Below, piece by piece: positions 1-11,530 of a stretch of 64,000 nucleotides of DNA; positions within the stretch are counted from its first letter, which is position 1, and each line of letters starts with the position of its first letter. A program made the translations under genes and the position numbers. Under the pieces are notes generated by a model that worked only from the letters and a program-made list of their open reading frames with translations, ran no database searches and was not told the DNA's origin. This DNA is from Corallochytrium limacisporum Hawaii (lineage: Eukaryota; Protista; Pluriformea), in assembly GCA_002811645.1 (NCBI GenBank), contig PDIP01000020.1, positions 1 through 64,000 on the forward strand, given 5' to 3'.

Positions 1-176
1 AAACCCCCCCTCCCCCCCCCCCCGGGGGGGGGGGCCTGCCCGAGGCAGGCATACGGGTGAGCCAGGGAGGAGAGCACAGGAAACGCTGCCGGGGGTTGGG
101 AGTGGGCAGGGACAAGGGGCATTGTTCAGATCAGGACGCGTCAGGAATGGGTTCATTTATCTGCACTTTATTTTAC

Positions 177-1424
177 TCATACGATGTCATTCATGTCAGC
201 CGGCAATTCACGGATCCGTGTGGAATAGAAGCGTTCTATACCGTTAAGTTCTTTGTGGTCGTCCGTGGTGGTGAAGTTAATGGCGCAGCCTTTCCGGCCA
301 TAGCGGCCAGACCGACCGATGCGATGAATGTAGAGTTCGCGGTTGACCGGCAGATCGTAGTTAATGACAAGACTGACCTGTTGCACATCAATACCACGGG
401 CCCAGATGTCGGTAGTGATCAGCACACGAGCCTCACCACTTCTAAACTTGTTCATGACGGAATCACGCTCCTTCTGCGGCATCTCCCCGTGCATAGAGGT
501 GACAGTGAAGTTGGCCTCCTTCATCTTTTGACTCAACCACTCGACTTTCTTCCGAGTGTTGGCAAAGATCACTGCCTGAGTAATAATCAACTGATCGTAT
601 ATGTCGCAAAGGGTTTCAAACTTCCATTCTTCCTTCTCGACTGCCACGTAGAATTGCTTGATACCTTCCAGAGTAAGCTCATCGCGTTTGACCAGGATAC
701 GGATGGGATCCGTCATGAAACGGGTTGCAATGCGCTGGACGTCATTTGGCAGCGTAGCGCTAACCAGAATGATCTGCGTGGTAGCTGGCAGGAGTCGGAA
801 AATATCATATATCTGTTCTTTCATGCCCCGCATAAGCATCTCATCTGCCTCGTCCATGACCAACATTTTAATGTGGCGCGTGTTGAGGGCCCTGCGCTTA
901 ATCATGTCAATCACACGGCCCGGGGTGCCGCTTACGACTTGCATGCCCTGCTCCAATTTCTTTATGTCATCATTCACTGATGTCCCACCAGTGCAGGCAT
1001 GACATGTCACCTTCATGTAATCACCGAGGGCACTCACTACCTTGGATATCTGTTGTGCCAACTCCCTCGTGGGACTCAGAACAAGGGCCTGAGTTTCCTT
1101 TCTCATCGCATCGAGACGCTGAAGCATACTGATGCTGAACGTTGCCGTCTTACCAGTACCTGATTGCGACTGCGCGATTACGTCCCGTTTGCTGAGGATC
1201 GGTAGGATTGCCCTGGCCTGGATCGTAGAAGGCCGCTCAAAGCCGTAGGCAAAAATTCCCCGGAGCAAGTCTTCTTTAAGGTTCATTTCGTCAAAGCTTT
1301 TGACAATTTTTAGTCCAGGGGTCACTGAAAGGTCATTGTCCTCAATATCAAGAGTTGGTTCCCCGTCATTCCGACGCTTGTTCCTCTCAACTTTGGAACG
1401 TACAGGGTTTGCTGGCGGTGCCAT
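177..1424 (-). CDS. EIF4A3: DEAD-box RNA helicase eIF4A-III (exon junction complex core / Fal1)
   Basis: Q motif (GFERPSTIQ), [23 protein letters not shown] and [10 protein letters not shown] are all present. eIF4A3-type signatures: [42 protein letters not shown]. The first ATG is at 1424; the ORF track starts at a TTG at 1445. Confidence 0.95.
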   Translation of the reverse strand: MAPPANPVRSKVERNKRRNDGEPTLDIEDNDLSVTPGLKIVKSFDEMNLKEDLLRGIFAYGFERPSTIQARAILPILSKRDVIAQSQSGTGKTATFSISMLQRLDAMRKETQALVLSPTRELAQQISKVVSALGDYMKVTCHACTGGTSVNDDIKKLEQGMQVVSGTPGRVIDMIKRRALNTRHIKMLVMDEADEMLMRGMKEQIYDIFRLLPATTQIILVSATLPNDVQRIATRFMTDPIRILVKRDELTLEGIKQFYVAVEKEEWKFETLCDIYDQLIITQAVIFANTRKKVEWLSQKMKEANFTVTSMHGEMPQKERDSVMNKFRSGEARVLITTDIWARGIDVQQVSLVINYDLPVNRELYIHRIGRSGRYGRKGCAINFTTTDDHKELNGIERFYSTRIRELPADMNDIV

Positions 1425-1970
1425 GCTGATTGCCAAGAGTGCCAAAGTGGCTTCTATGCTTCCTCAACGGTTTATGCTAGTAGAAACAAACTATTCTCTG
1501 GTTGATTCTTCAGATCCATGGGTCAAAAAATTCTTTATCACTACGTCCGAACAAGACGGTGCGTTCCACTAAACGCCTGGTGCGCAAGAGAAGAACAGTG
1601 GACCGGTCTCCCAAAGTACCCACACTGGCCGCCGCCCGCTAAGACTGGCCCACCCTTCCGCCCACCTGGGGCCAGAGACCCGCACTCCCTGCAACACCCC
1701 CCCCCCCTGGGGGGAGGCCCAGGGGGATTTTAGACCGAACCCGTCAGTGCCACCTCCCCTCTTGGTAAGGGAAATACAAGTGAACATTCCTTTGGCTGTA
1801 TTTGACTGGCTATGTTGGTGCACATCAGGGTATTTCGTTCTCAATCTTTGAATTTCTAAATAGAATCGTAATGTAATGATGCCATTCATTATAGAAAAAG
1901 CACAAGGCAGTGAAGATCATGTGTAGCTGAAAAACATTGGGTCCTCTTTAGCAGGAGAATACATAACAAC

Positions 1971-3845
1971 ATGGGACGAAAGCGTCGCGGAATCGGATCC
2001 AAGGGAAAAGATTCTGGTGCAGGTACACCAGCTGAGGGCTCTGGAGCGAATTCTCACAGGGAGAGGTCAGTGTCCCCAAAGGGAAGGCACACCACTGACG
2101 TATCGACCTCGACTCCCATTGCACGACCGCACACAACCTCAGATTCACAACTGAACAGTAGATACGAACGATATGAATACGGTGGAAGTTTTTCTCCTTC
2201 AAAGTTTGATACTGAAGAACAGTTTGACCACGGTGAAGAACACTGGCACAAGGAACCGAGCATCGGAGAGGGGTCGGACTCCAGTGAGGAGGCTCCCCTG
2301 CCTGCTATCCCGTTCAACTATAATGAGGAGCAAACTGCAGAGGATGACTTTGAACAACAAGAATTGTATCGCAGGCGATCATATGACGAATCATTTTTGC
2401 AGACTTACCAACAACAGGACAGTGACAACAGTGACAGCAACGAAGGGCAATCAGATGAACAGCAGTACGGTCACTATACTGGCCGAAGTTCAGCACGCAA
2501 AGAGACATACGTTGTGGATGATCCTCAACAGAAACGCCCACTTAGTCACAGAGTTTGGGAGGAAGTATCCAAGGGCAATGTCAGCGACCTTGGCATAGTA
2601 GCGTCCTCAGATGCGGATGAGAATTCTATGCCGAGGCTGAGGAGTGATGACGAGAGTGTGGATAGCGAGAACTCCATCATTGCGGAGATCCGGCAGAATC
2701 GAGAGGCTCAATGGGACAATGACGATGACACGAAAGCAGTACATTTGCAGCGCATGGTCACGCTGCCTGAGCGCATTGCAGAGAATGTGTGGACCGGTGG
2801 CGATAAGGTGTCGCCTGATCGACACATTCATGGGCGAGTCACCACATACTGCACAGCGAATTCGTACAGGAGCCGTGCACTGAGATGGTACCTGAAGGAT
2901 ACTTACAAGCGCAATGAGCGTCTCAGCGAACTGAAGCTTCCCATTTGCTACGATGAAGCCACCTATGGAGTCCATGTGCATGACCTGTTTGGCACCCACG
3001 GTACAGAGACCGAGTACAATAAGAAGGGTGAGCTATTCCTTTTCGACTACGGTGTCGCGGTGATGTGGAATTTAACAAAGGAGGAAGAGAGCGAGGTACT
3101 AGAAGAGCTAAAGCGATTTGAGGATGAACCGCTTCCGGAAGATGAAATCGAGGTTGAAGAACTGGAGTTCAAGTGTCATTCCAGCTACAGACCATCCATT
3201 CGATCGGATGTGATCATCATGAACGACCCAAACGATAGTCTTTTCATGCTTTCACTCAGCTATGCAATGTCTCAAAGTGCCAAGTTGGGGGTCTATGAGA
3301 AGAGAATCAACAGAGAGGTGGAAAGGATAGAGGAGGCTCCAGTGGAACTGGCCAACACCGGGTTTGTGTCAATGAGTCAGAAGGATCTGGGTAAATGGCA
3401 AGGCCGACTCTACCAGAATTTCTCCGAGATCAACCTGGTGTCGAATGTGGTCGACACGCCGGACTTCCTTTGGGAGATATCCATCGACGACTTGCTCATT
3501 GCCTATAAAGCAAGCCGTGCGTACTATGATCTCAACAAGCGCGTTGAGGTTCTGAACTCGCGCCTAGATGTATTGTCGGAAGTGGTGAGCGTAGTCAGCG
3601 ACCAGAAGCATATGCAATCAAATGAACGACTGGAGTGGATTGTTATTATCCTACTTGTTGTGTCCTGCCTGGTCGCCACGAGCGAAATATTGATGGTTGA
3701 GAAGATCCTTCCGCACTTCCGCACCCGTTGGAACACGCCTCAAACAGTGTCGTCCGTTCTGGACCCTACAGTCGTCTACGATCCGATCATTGCCATACTT
3801 GAACCTACCTATGGCCTTGATCTCAACCCGGATCAGGCTTGGTGA
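1971..3845 (+). CDS. RMD1: RMD1/Sif2 family (DUF155) protein with acidic N-terminal extension and C-terminal TM helix
   Basis: RVTTYCTANSY, LFLFDYGVAVMWN, LSYAMSQSAKL, DTPDFLW, RVEVLNSRL, ERLEWIVIILL. Confidence 0.88.
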   Translation: MGRKRRGIGSKGKDSGAGTPAEGSGANSHRERSVSPKGRHTTDVSTSTPIARPHTTSDSQLNSRYERYEYGGSFSPSKFDTEEQFDHGEEHWHKEPSIGEGSDSSEEAPLPAIPFNYNEEQTAEDDFEQQELYRRRSYDESFLQTYQQQDSDNSDSNEGQSDEQQYGHYTGRSSARKETYVVDDPQQKRPLSHRVWEEVSKGNVSDLGIVASSDADENSMPRLRSDDESVDSENSIIAEIRQNREAQWDNDDDTKAVHLQRMVTLPERIAENVWTGGDKVSPDRHIHGRVTTYCTANSYRSRALRWYLKDTYKRNERLSELKLPICYDEATYGVHVHDLFGTHGTETEYNKKGELFLFDYGVAVMWNLTKEEESEVLEELKRFEDEPLPEDEIEVEELEFKCHSSYRPSIRSDVIIMNDPNDSLFMLSLSYAMSQSAKLGVYEKRINREVERIEEAPVELANTGFVSMSQKDLGKWQGRLYQNFSEINLVSNVVDTPDFLWEISIDDLLIAYKASRAYYDLNKRVEVLNSRLDVLSEVVSVVSDQKHMQSNERLEWIVIILLVVSCLVATSEILMVEKILPHFRTRWNTPQTVSSVLDPTVVYDPIIAILEPTYGLDLNPDQAW

Positions 3846-4404
3846 CTATCGGAGGCTTTCCCATAGTGTATCTACTGCATAGTAAAATCCTATAGTAATA
3901 CAATAAGCCTTGGCAAGAAAATGCAAGCCCCTGCCGCGCAGTTCATATCCAGTGAGTTCCCTCCCCATTGGGGCGGGGAAACCCCCACACTTTGGCAGGA
4001 ACTAGGCGCCGAGTGCGGTGGAGGAGGGAGCACACATTGCGCAATCTTAAAAACAGCACGGGTCTCATCGCGGCCCCTTTTTGGAAGCCCCCTCCCCCGG
4101 GGCTCCACCTGCAGCTGGTCAGTAGACCCTTGGTTGCCAACGCGTAGGGACGGCGTGTAAGGAAGAGGAATTTTCGGGCCCTCGGGGCTGAAGGGGAAAA
4201 GAGGGCATTGAGCCCAGCACAAGGGAAAGTGGGAGTAGGGAGCGTACGTATCTATTTCAGATCACAAGGTATACTTACAAGCAGGGCAAAGAGTAGGTCA
4301 GAATATAACATGTTTCAAGGCTAAAATTGACAACGAAGACCAAAAGAAAGAGATACGTACATGGTGTAATCATAGGAAAGTGATGGGAGGCTAAGATACG
4401 AACC

Positions 4405-7400
4405 ATGTCTGCACTTCAAGAGACATACTTATCATTCGGCGTGGCACGGTCTACAGCCAAGAATCAGGTGGTAGAGCAGGCGACCACGTTCACAAAGGCA
4501 GGAAGGAATGGTCTGCTCAATAATTTTGATGAAATTGCCATAAAGCTCATGGATAAGGCGAACCGGACTCTCAGTCCACCTTGCCGCCTGAACAAGTCAT
4601 CTGTGGAATTCAGTGATGCACTGCAGGCAGTTCTTAACTTCAAGATTCTGTCGAAGTGTCCAAAATCAATCAAAGACATAGAGCAGGAGCTCAGAAACAC
4701 AGTACCAAAAGCCTATTTGCTCCGTGCTGCTTGTAAAGTGGAAAATCATGGTGGTAAGTTCTATTCTCGCCCGTACTTGAACTATGTGCGGACATGGGCT
4801 AATACAAACCTGTACGCAGAGGGTAAGGCACCGCAGGATGATGTCGTGCCCTTCATTCTGTGGTTGAACATTGACTTTATCTTTGATATCATTCTGCAGG
4901 CTGGTCATATCACAAACAAAGAGGGACGGGACACCATTACAGCCTATGATTGCGAGCGTGCAGCATCGGAGGATGGTCCTCTTAGGGAGTACTATGCAAC
5001 AAACCTGATGGAAGTTGCTGCGTACTCAAAACAGTTGAACTATGAGGAACTCATTGATCTGACTTTAGTCACCGAGCGCGACTGTTTCACCAATACGGAC
5101 ATGATCTTACGCGTCCTTCTTCCGAATGTTTTAGAGGCCCCTACGGATACCTACGAAAAAGCACTGGTTGATGGAGCGAGTGAGATCAGTGGTATCATGC
5201 GGAACTTACAAGAGACAAGCCGAGAGCTGATCACAAGTATTGAAGCTCCCCTTGAGAATGACTTTCTTGGACAGGGCGCCACGAAGGTCAATGTAGGCGC
5301 AATTTGGGAAGAGTTTCTGCTTGAGGAACGCTTTGAAGGGTACGTTGAGCTCGCCGGTATGATTGTGGAATTTTTGGAAATCTTCGACAAGGACATTACA
5401 AATTCTGCGCACGATTCAACGGAAGTGGACTTGCGGATACACCTTCGTTATCTTCTACCAAGACTTGTGAAAAAGGTGATGGGTCATGTGTTCCACTACG
5501 CGGGTCTCGTCCACGCTTTCGTGTACACCGGCGGTCGCAGTAAGCAGGACATGGCTGCTCTTCGCAACGCAAAGATTGGCTTGGAGCGGAAATTGCAGAG
5601 CATCACCTCGGATCTCGGGGTGTTGTTGTCAACTAAGCAGCTACAGCTTGAGCTTCCAAATGGAGATTTCAGCAAATTTGCGGTGATGACTGTATGGAAT
5701 TTCGAAGATGCGTTGCACAGGGACGCACCAGAGTATCTTACGCTTGCAAACACTGGTCCTCTTGTAGTTGACGCCAAGGTTGACGTGGTGTCCAAGGGCA
5801 GTAAGGGAAAACGCTATTACATCTGCATCTTTGAGAAAAAGATTGTGCTCCTGAAGGAGAAACCTCCCAAAAAGGGTACTAGCGGCCGGCGGTACACGAC
5901 TTACAATGTGAAGCAGGTGCTCCAGCGGAATTCTGTTTATGTGGAATTCAAGGACGACCTGAATGTATTCATCTTCCATGGCAATGGACCCGATGGAAGG
6001 TCCCTGGATCTCAGCTTCAGTCCCCTTTCGGAAGACATCCGACAGCGTATCATTGGCGCTTTGTGCGTTGAGAATGAAAAGGAACAGCTTCGGGCGCTCT
6101 ACGAAGAGAAATTGAGCAGCCTCGAGGACAGTCAGAACTTCATTGCAATGATCCCTGGAGGAGAATATGAGTTCTGCGAGCCAGACAGTCCCGTAAACAT
6201 CTTGTTTGATGAGGAGGTGAAGCAGAAGAAGTTTATTGCGCCACGGATAAAGGCCGCCAGTGTAAAGAAGCTCATTGAGTACGTCACTCCACATCGTTAT
6301 CCTTGCACCAAGTTCTTGCAGGACTTTTTGTACACCTATCGAAGTTTTCTAAGCCCGATGGAAGTCTTACTTTGGTTCGAGAAGCGTTTCAATATCCCAG
6401 ATCCTGCTGGAGACGAGAAAGATGTTCGACGATTTGAAGAAGAGTATCGAAAACCGATAAAGCTTCGCGTCCTTAATGCGTTGCGAACCTGGGTTCAGAA
6501 ACATCCATACGACTTTGACTCAGACGAGATCAAGAAGCAGCTCGGGAACTTCCTGGATGAAGCCGGTGGTGGCGAAGACGTGGTCATCGACACCAACGTG
6601 AATGTGGTGCGGCGTGCATTTGAGAAGGCCATCGACCCGAATCGACAGAAGGTCCGGGACGAATCATTTGTTCGCCCGGAGACATTGCATGATGAAAAAA
6701 TGCCAATGGCTCACTTCCACCTCCTGACATTGAACTGCAGGGAACTCGCACGTCAAATCACTTTGGTTGACTCCGAATTGTTTGCCAACATTCGTCCAAG
6801 TGAACTAGTCGGTCAGCGCTGGATGAAGAAGAACAAAAAGGAATTTGCACCAAACATCGTCAAGATAACCAGACAGTTCAATGCCCTGTCGAACTGGATC
6901 CAGAAGAGTATTTTGGAAGCTGAGAACCTACCTGAGAGAGTGTTGGTAATGGCTACCATTTGCGATCTAGTAGAAGAGCTTCGACACATGCAGAATCTCA
7001 ATGCCATTGCGGCTATCAATGCGGGAATGACCGCCTCCGCGACTTTCCGCTTGAAGATGACCTGGTCAAAAGTTCCCCAGGAGAAGGGGGATCTCCTGCT
7101 GCGCTGCCAGGCGCTGATCAGCCACGACAACAACTATCGTGAACTGCGCCGTCAACTGGAGCACGTCAACCCGCCGTGCATTCCGTACCTAGGTATGTTC
7201 TTGACGGATTTAACCTTTCTAGAAGATGGCAACCCTGACCTGATGAAAAACACGGAGCTTGTCAACTTCATGAAGTGCCGTCGCGTGGCTGGCATCATTT
7301 CTGATGTTCAGCATTACCAGTACACGCAGCATGACTTCAAGCCAGTCGAGGACCTCCAGTGTTTCCTCACCAACCTGCCTCAGCTTGATGAGGAGGAGGC

Positions 7401-7488
7401 CTGGGTACTATCCCAGAAACTTGAACCCCGTGGCGCCGATGCGCCCGCCGAATTTGTAAGTATTTATGAATGTTGTTCTTATGGATAG
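4405..7488 (+). CDS. SOS: Son of sevenless-type Ras GEF (histone folds-DH-PH-REM-CDC25); the 3' end may be spliced
   Basis: Histone-fold segments PKSIKDIEQELRNTVP and DIILQAGH..ITAYDCERA; DH start YEELI..TERD; linker YEFCEPDSPVNILF; REM IKAASVKKLIEY; CDC25 ELARQITL and PPCIPYLGMFLTDLTFLEDGNPD; domain ends LEPR. Confidence 0.93.
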   Translation: MSALQETYLSFGVARSTAKNQVVEQATTFTKAGRNGLLNNFDEIAIKLMDKANRTLSPPCRLNKSSVEFSDALQAVLNFKILSKCPKSIKDIEQELRNTVPKAYLLRAACKVENHGGKFYSRPYLNYVRTWANTNLYAEGKAPQDDVVPFILWLNIDFIFDIILQAGHITNKEGRDTITAYDCERAASEDGPLREYYATNLMEVAAYSKQLNYEELIDLTLVTERDCFTNTDMILRVLLPNVLEAPTDTYEKALVDGASEISGIMRNLQETSRELITSIEAPLENDFLGQGATKVNVGAIWEEFLLEERFEGYVELAGMIVEFLEIFDKDITNSAHDSTEVDLRIHLRYLLPRLVKKVMGHVFHYAGLVHAFVYTGGRSKQDMAALRNAKIGLERKLQSITSDLGVLLSTKQLQLELPNGDFSKFAVMTVWNFEDALHRDAPEYLTLANTGPLVVDAKVDVVSKGSKGKRYYICIFEKKIVLLKEKPPKKGTSGRRYTTYNVKQVLQRNSVYVEFKDDLNVFIFHGNGPDGRSLDLSFSPLSEDIRQRIIGALCVENEKEQLRALYEEKLSSLEDSQNFIAMIPGGEYEFCEPDSPVNILFDEEVKQKKFIAPRIKAASVKKLIEYVTPHRYPCTKFLQDFLYTYRSFLSPMEVLLWFEKRFNIPDPAGDEKDVRRFEEEYRKPIKLRVLNALRTWVQKHPYDFDSDEIKKQLGNFLDEAGGGEDVVIDTNVNVVRRAFEKAIDPNRQKVRDESFVRPETLHDEKMPMAHFHLLTLNCRELARQITLVDSELFANIRPSELVGQRWMKKNKKEFAPNIVKITRQFNALSNWIQKSILEAENLPERVLVMATICDLVEELRHMQNLNAIAAINAGMTASATFRLKMTWSKVPQEKGDLLLRCQALISHDNNYRELRRQLEHVNPPCIPYLGMFLTDLTFLEDGNPDLMKNTELVNFMKCRRVAGIISDVQHYQYTQHDFKPVEDLQCFLTNLPQLDEEEAWVLSQKLEPRGADAPAEFVSIYECCSYG

Positions 7489-8929
7489 GTCTTTTCGTGG
7501 TCTGGTTCTACCAGTGGCTTCCCTACAGATGCCAGAGCCTGCACACTACAGCAGATAACATACGCTGACACCTTAGTTTATACTGTCTCGTCATCAATCG
7601 CATCATCAAACCCGGACACCCATTTCACAATCCGCGCATTGGTGGTGCACTGCCATCTTGCCAACTTCCCTCGGCAGCCTGTATCCCCTCCTCCCTTTTC
7701 CCACTCTTTGTCGTCTCTCCGCCCCAACTCACAAACACCTGCGACGGTGGGGTCTCCAAGCAGATCCGTTCCAGAGTGGCTTCGTTGCCTGGAGTCCGGG
7801 GAGTGGGAGGGGGGGGAAGGGACCGCAAGGTGGCGGGAGGCGGTGGGCACCGAATTCTCGGCAGTGAATATACTGGATAGACGGGGAGTGGACGAAAGAC
7901 GCAGAGGGCCAGAATCCAGTTTGGTGGTAGACTTATAAGCTTGTGTATGGGTTTGTGATCGGGGAAAGCAGGTTCACAGCTGATTGTTGAAAATACTGCG
8001 GAGCAGAGCGCATCGACAGGAATGAAATCTCATGCACAGACTGAACCGAAGAATAAGAGCGTGGTTGGCCCTAGCCTGCCTTGTTTTGGCAAGCTAGATT
8101 GACCGTATTTTGGACCTTTTGGACACTTGTGACAGCCCTGAACCTGTGAAGACTAACCTAACCAATATGATTCTTATATCCCCAATCGTCATTATTCGCA
8201 AACAGGCAGCATCGGAGTTGATGAGTCTTCGGCAGCAATACCATCGCAGTATTGAAGCAGATAGTGTGGTATATCAAGTCCATGTCAATCATAAATAGAA
8301 TGGTATACAAGTACGCGGTGATCTGATAGATGTTGACCCCATGGAGTGCATGCAGAAAGCGACAGAAAGATAGAGGAGGATGGAAAACTGACGCCAATAA
8401 CAGAAACACAATTCAGCCAAGCAGCCACCAGATCATCGGCAAAGCCGTCCTCCTCGGGAAGGCGAAAAGCCACACTTTACTATACCCATGCCCGTCAATG
8501 CAATCTCGGAAGGCCTGAACACCGGCATAGCAAGTCGTGTGCAAGAACGGCACAGAGCAACAGGTCCGGGCCAAAGTTCTGAGCCGAGCTACATCTCCGT
8601 GCAGTGAGCCACCGCTGGGACCCATCCCCGATCTGGCCGTTCCCCACCTCCCCCTCTCGCCCCCAACGGGGACCCTGAGGGAGGGGGGCGGGCCTGATCG
8701 AGGGACCCCTCGGGAAACCAAAACAAAACAACGTTGGGCTACTTCAGATACACTAGCGTGTTGGAGTTTCTTGAAGCTGATTGTGCGTGGAGATCCTGTC
8801 TGGGCAAGCTAACATAGGAGCCTTTTATCTCATGTGCGGAGAAGCTCCTGAGCGAAAAGTTAACGAACAAGCCAATGTAATATAGTAGACAGTTAGTCAA
8901 AGTAGATATCAACAAATAACAAACGCGCC

Positions 8930-9569
8930 ATGCACGATATTCTCACTCGCGGGAATGGTCTGTTGGCACAGTCGGTTTCTGCACTGCTGACCATCTTTGC
9001 AGTATTGACTCTGCTTACTGCACTAAACCTTCCGGAGCCGAAAGTTAACTTCTCCTTAGCCGAGATTTCATTGTAAGTATTTGATCCGCTACCCTTTCTT
9101 GTGGGGAGCAGCACCGTGCATGGACGCAGTATGTGCTAACTGAGTTGTCAATTTGCCTTTTCTAAAACACAGGTCACCAAGCGGAATCGGAAAGGTGCGC
9201 CAGGATAAGTTGTGGATGCAGTATGACGTTGACGCCGACTTTACCGAGCTTATGAACTTCAACACAAAGGAAATCTTTGTCACAGTCAACGTGGCATACG
9301 ATGGAGATAATGGCGAACACAACGAATTCGTGGTCTGGAACCGTTTCATCAAGAATTGGCGGGATGCTCATTTTCATTTCGGAGAAAGGGATCTCATCAC
9401 CTCAACTAAGCACGGCTTGGAGTACACTGATCTCGCCCAGCGTATGCGGGGGAAGAAGGCCAGCATCTTTATCAAATGGTACCTCATTCCGGTCGCAGGC
9501 ATTCTGCGTGAAGGTGAGACGAAAGCCATTCCCATTGACTTCCCTGTGGACTATTCACAGGGGGTGTGA
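8930..9569 (+). CDS. SPCS3: Signal peptidase complex subunit 3 (SPC22/23); exons 8930-9072 and 9173-9569
   Basis: Exon 1 (MHDILTRGNGLLAQ plus TM helix) joins in frame through a phase-2 intron to DADFTELMNFNTKEIFV, NEFVVWNRFI and WYLIPVAGIL. Confidence 0.9.
9073..9172 (+). other. Spliceosomal intron (100 nt) in SPCS3
   Basis: Donor GTAAGT at 9073, branch point GCTAAC at 9135-9140, acceptor CAG ending at 9172. Removal restores the reading frame. Confidence 0.9.
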
Positions 9570-10787
9570 AGAGATTCATCAGCCACAAATCAAACACCGA
9601 GAACATATCCCAACGCGATTGGGGTGTGTGCTGTTATGCGTAGTCGGGGACCGTCGGGAAGGCGGTCCCCTCCTCCTCCCCCCTCCCCCTCACCGTGGGG
9701 CCTCGAAATAACACTGAAAGCCTAATTACACAGTTAGTGTAGATATCATTCCGGAAGCCGTATATCATTTACAAACGTTAGTTTTCGCCCGGTGCTCCGC
9801 CACTCCCAAGTACGGAACCAATCACCGCCGCGCCAGGGCCCGGAACGACTCGGGAGGGAGAAAGCCCCAAGGAAAATTCATGATAAGAAAAAAAAAAAAA
9901 GGGAAATAGAGAAAGGAAAAGGAAAAGGAAAAACTGAGAGGGAGGGGGGAGTGGGAGCGCGGGCGACAAAGACAAAAGGGAAAAAAGCATTAGAGCAAGA
10001 AAGGAAATTGAAGAAGAAAAAAAGGCATTAGAATGCGGCCCCTAGCCAGTGGGGCAAAAGAGAACAACAGTCAAAGGATGAGAGCGAGAGATAGAGGGAG
10101 AGAGAGAGAGTGTGTGTGTACACAGTCGCCGTGAGCGCAGAAGAAGAGTGGGGCAGAGGCTAGGCCCAGAATGGGAGAGAAGGCCCCCCCCGGGGGGGGG
10201 GGGCAGGTGGCGAGGCCTTCCGGGCAACGGAAGCGTAACATAGATCGTGGGGGGGGTACACAATCTCTGTGTTACTAAAATAAAAAAAAAAAGTAGAAAC
10301 ACCACGGAAGGTGAGAACAGCCAGGAGGAAAGAGGGAGGAGGTGGAGGAATCGCACCCCCGAAATGGCCAGCAACGAGAAAAAGATCAATGAATAGGAAT
10401 TTGGCTTTCGCTCGACGCATTGCCCGCCCCTACTTTGATCAGGCTATTATGTATGAACAGGAAGGAAGTTGTTGCGCTTCCTGCGCATCGACCGAAAGCT
10501 CTTGTCCACCAATGCATGGCGCGATCTACAGGAATGCTCCCCTATCGCCACTCTATTATATATAGTCAGTATAACAATATATCTATAATATCAAGTCCAT
10601 GTGTAATATATTAAAGACATCCGTATGAATTATAGGCGCGGGGGAGGGGGCTGGTGTGCTGCTCGCTTACCGCAATGAATTAGGAGCGTGCTTAATTTTT
10701 CTTTGGTTTTTCTTGTGGAAGGGACCTTTGACGATTGGGGGCCAATGAGCAAATTATGGCACAGTATAAAGAAATACTAAGGAAACC

Positions 10788-11470
10788 AACACACACACAC
10801 ACTCACACACAAAGAGAGATCTTTCAGAGAGTCCCGAGGTTTCTTCTGCCTGCCTACTTACCCCAAGTTTTCTTCCGTTCCCTGGCCCCTTTTTCTCACT
10901 CCTCCACTTCCCCCCCCCCCTTTCCCGGAGGGCCCGATTCGTTCCAACCTCCCATTTTTTTTGTTGGCATTGGACGTTGGGGGACCTTTTGTTGTGTGTG
11001 TGTGTGTGTGTGTTGCGTGCGTGCGTGCGTGCCGCCACCACCTGCCTGCTTACCTGCTTGCGGGAAGTCTCGCGTGTATGTGTGTGTGTGTGTATACCCC
11101 GTGCATGCATGTGTCGGTATACGTGTAAAAAGTCTTGTGTGTGCGCGCGTGGGGTGGTGGAGGGTTGGCCCCTCTTTTTTTTTTTTGTTTTGCCTTTTTG
11201 TGTTTCTTTTTTGGTCTAAGTTTCCCCCCCCCCCCGGGGGGACCCGAAAGGTTTTTTTTCTTCTTCTTTCTTCTTTCTTGCGTTTATCCTGCTGCTTCTT
11301 CTTTTGCTGCGCTTGATCCCCTGTACTCGTTGCCTTGCCCAGTTTGTTTTTTTTTTGGGCCACAATGTTCCACGCCCGATGAAGGCAAGCCAAATACGAG
11401 GACGCAGTGAAGTGCAATGCCGGGCGAAGCAGGCACTGTCTGTTCTGGAGCCACGTACTTGCTCCCTTTT

Positions 11471-11530
<60 letters not shown>

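Noticed and set aside
57-980. Long antisense ORFs (also 17732-18298, 18371-19054, 29883-30629, 37200-37994, 52017-52604, 61276-62550)
   Set aside because: Shadows of well-supported genes on the opposite strand, caused by codon bias; no motifs of their own.
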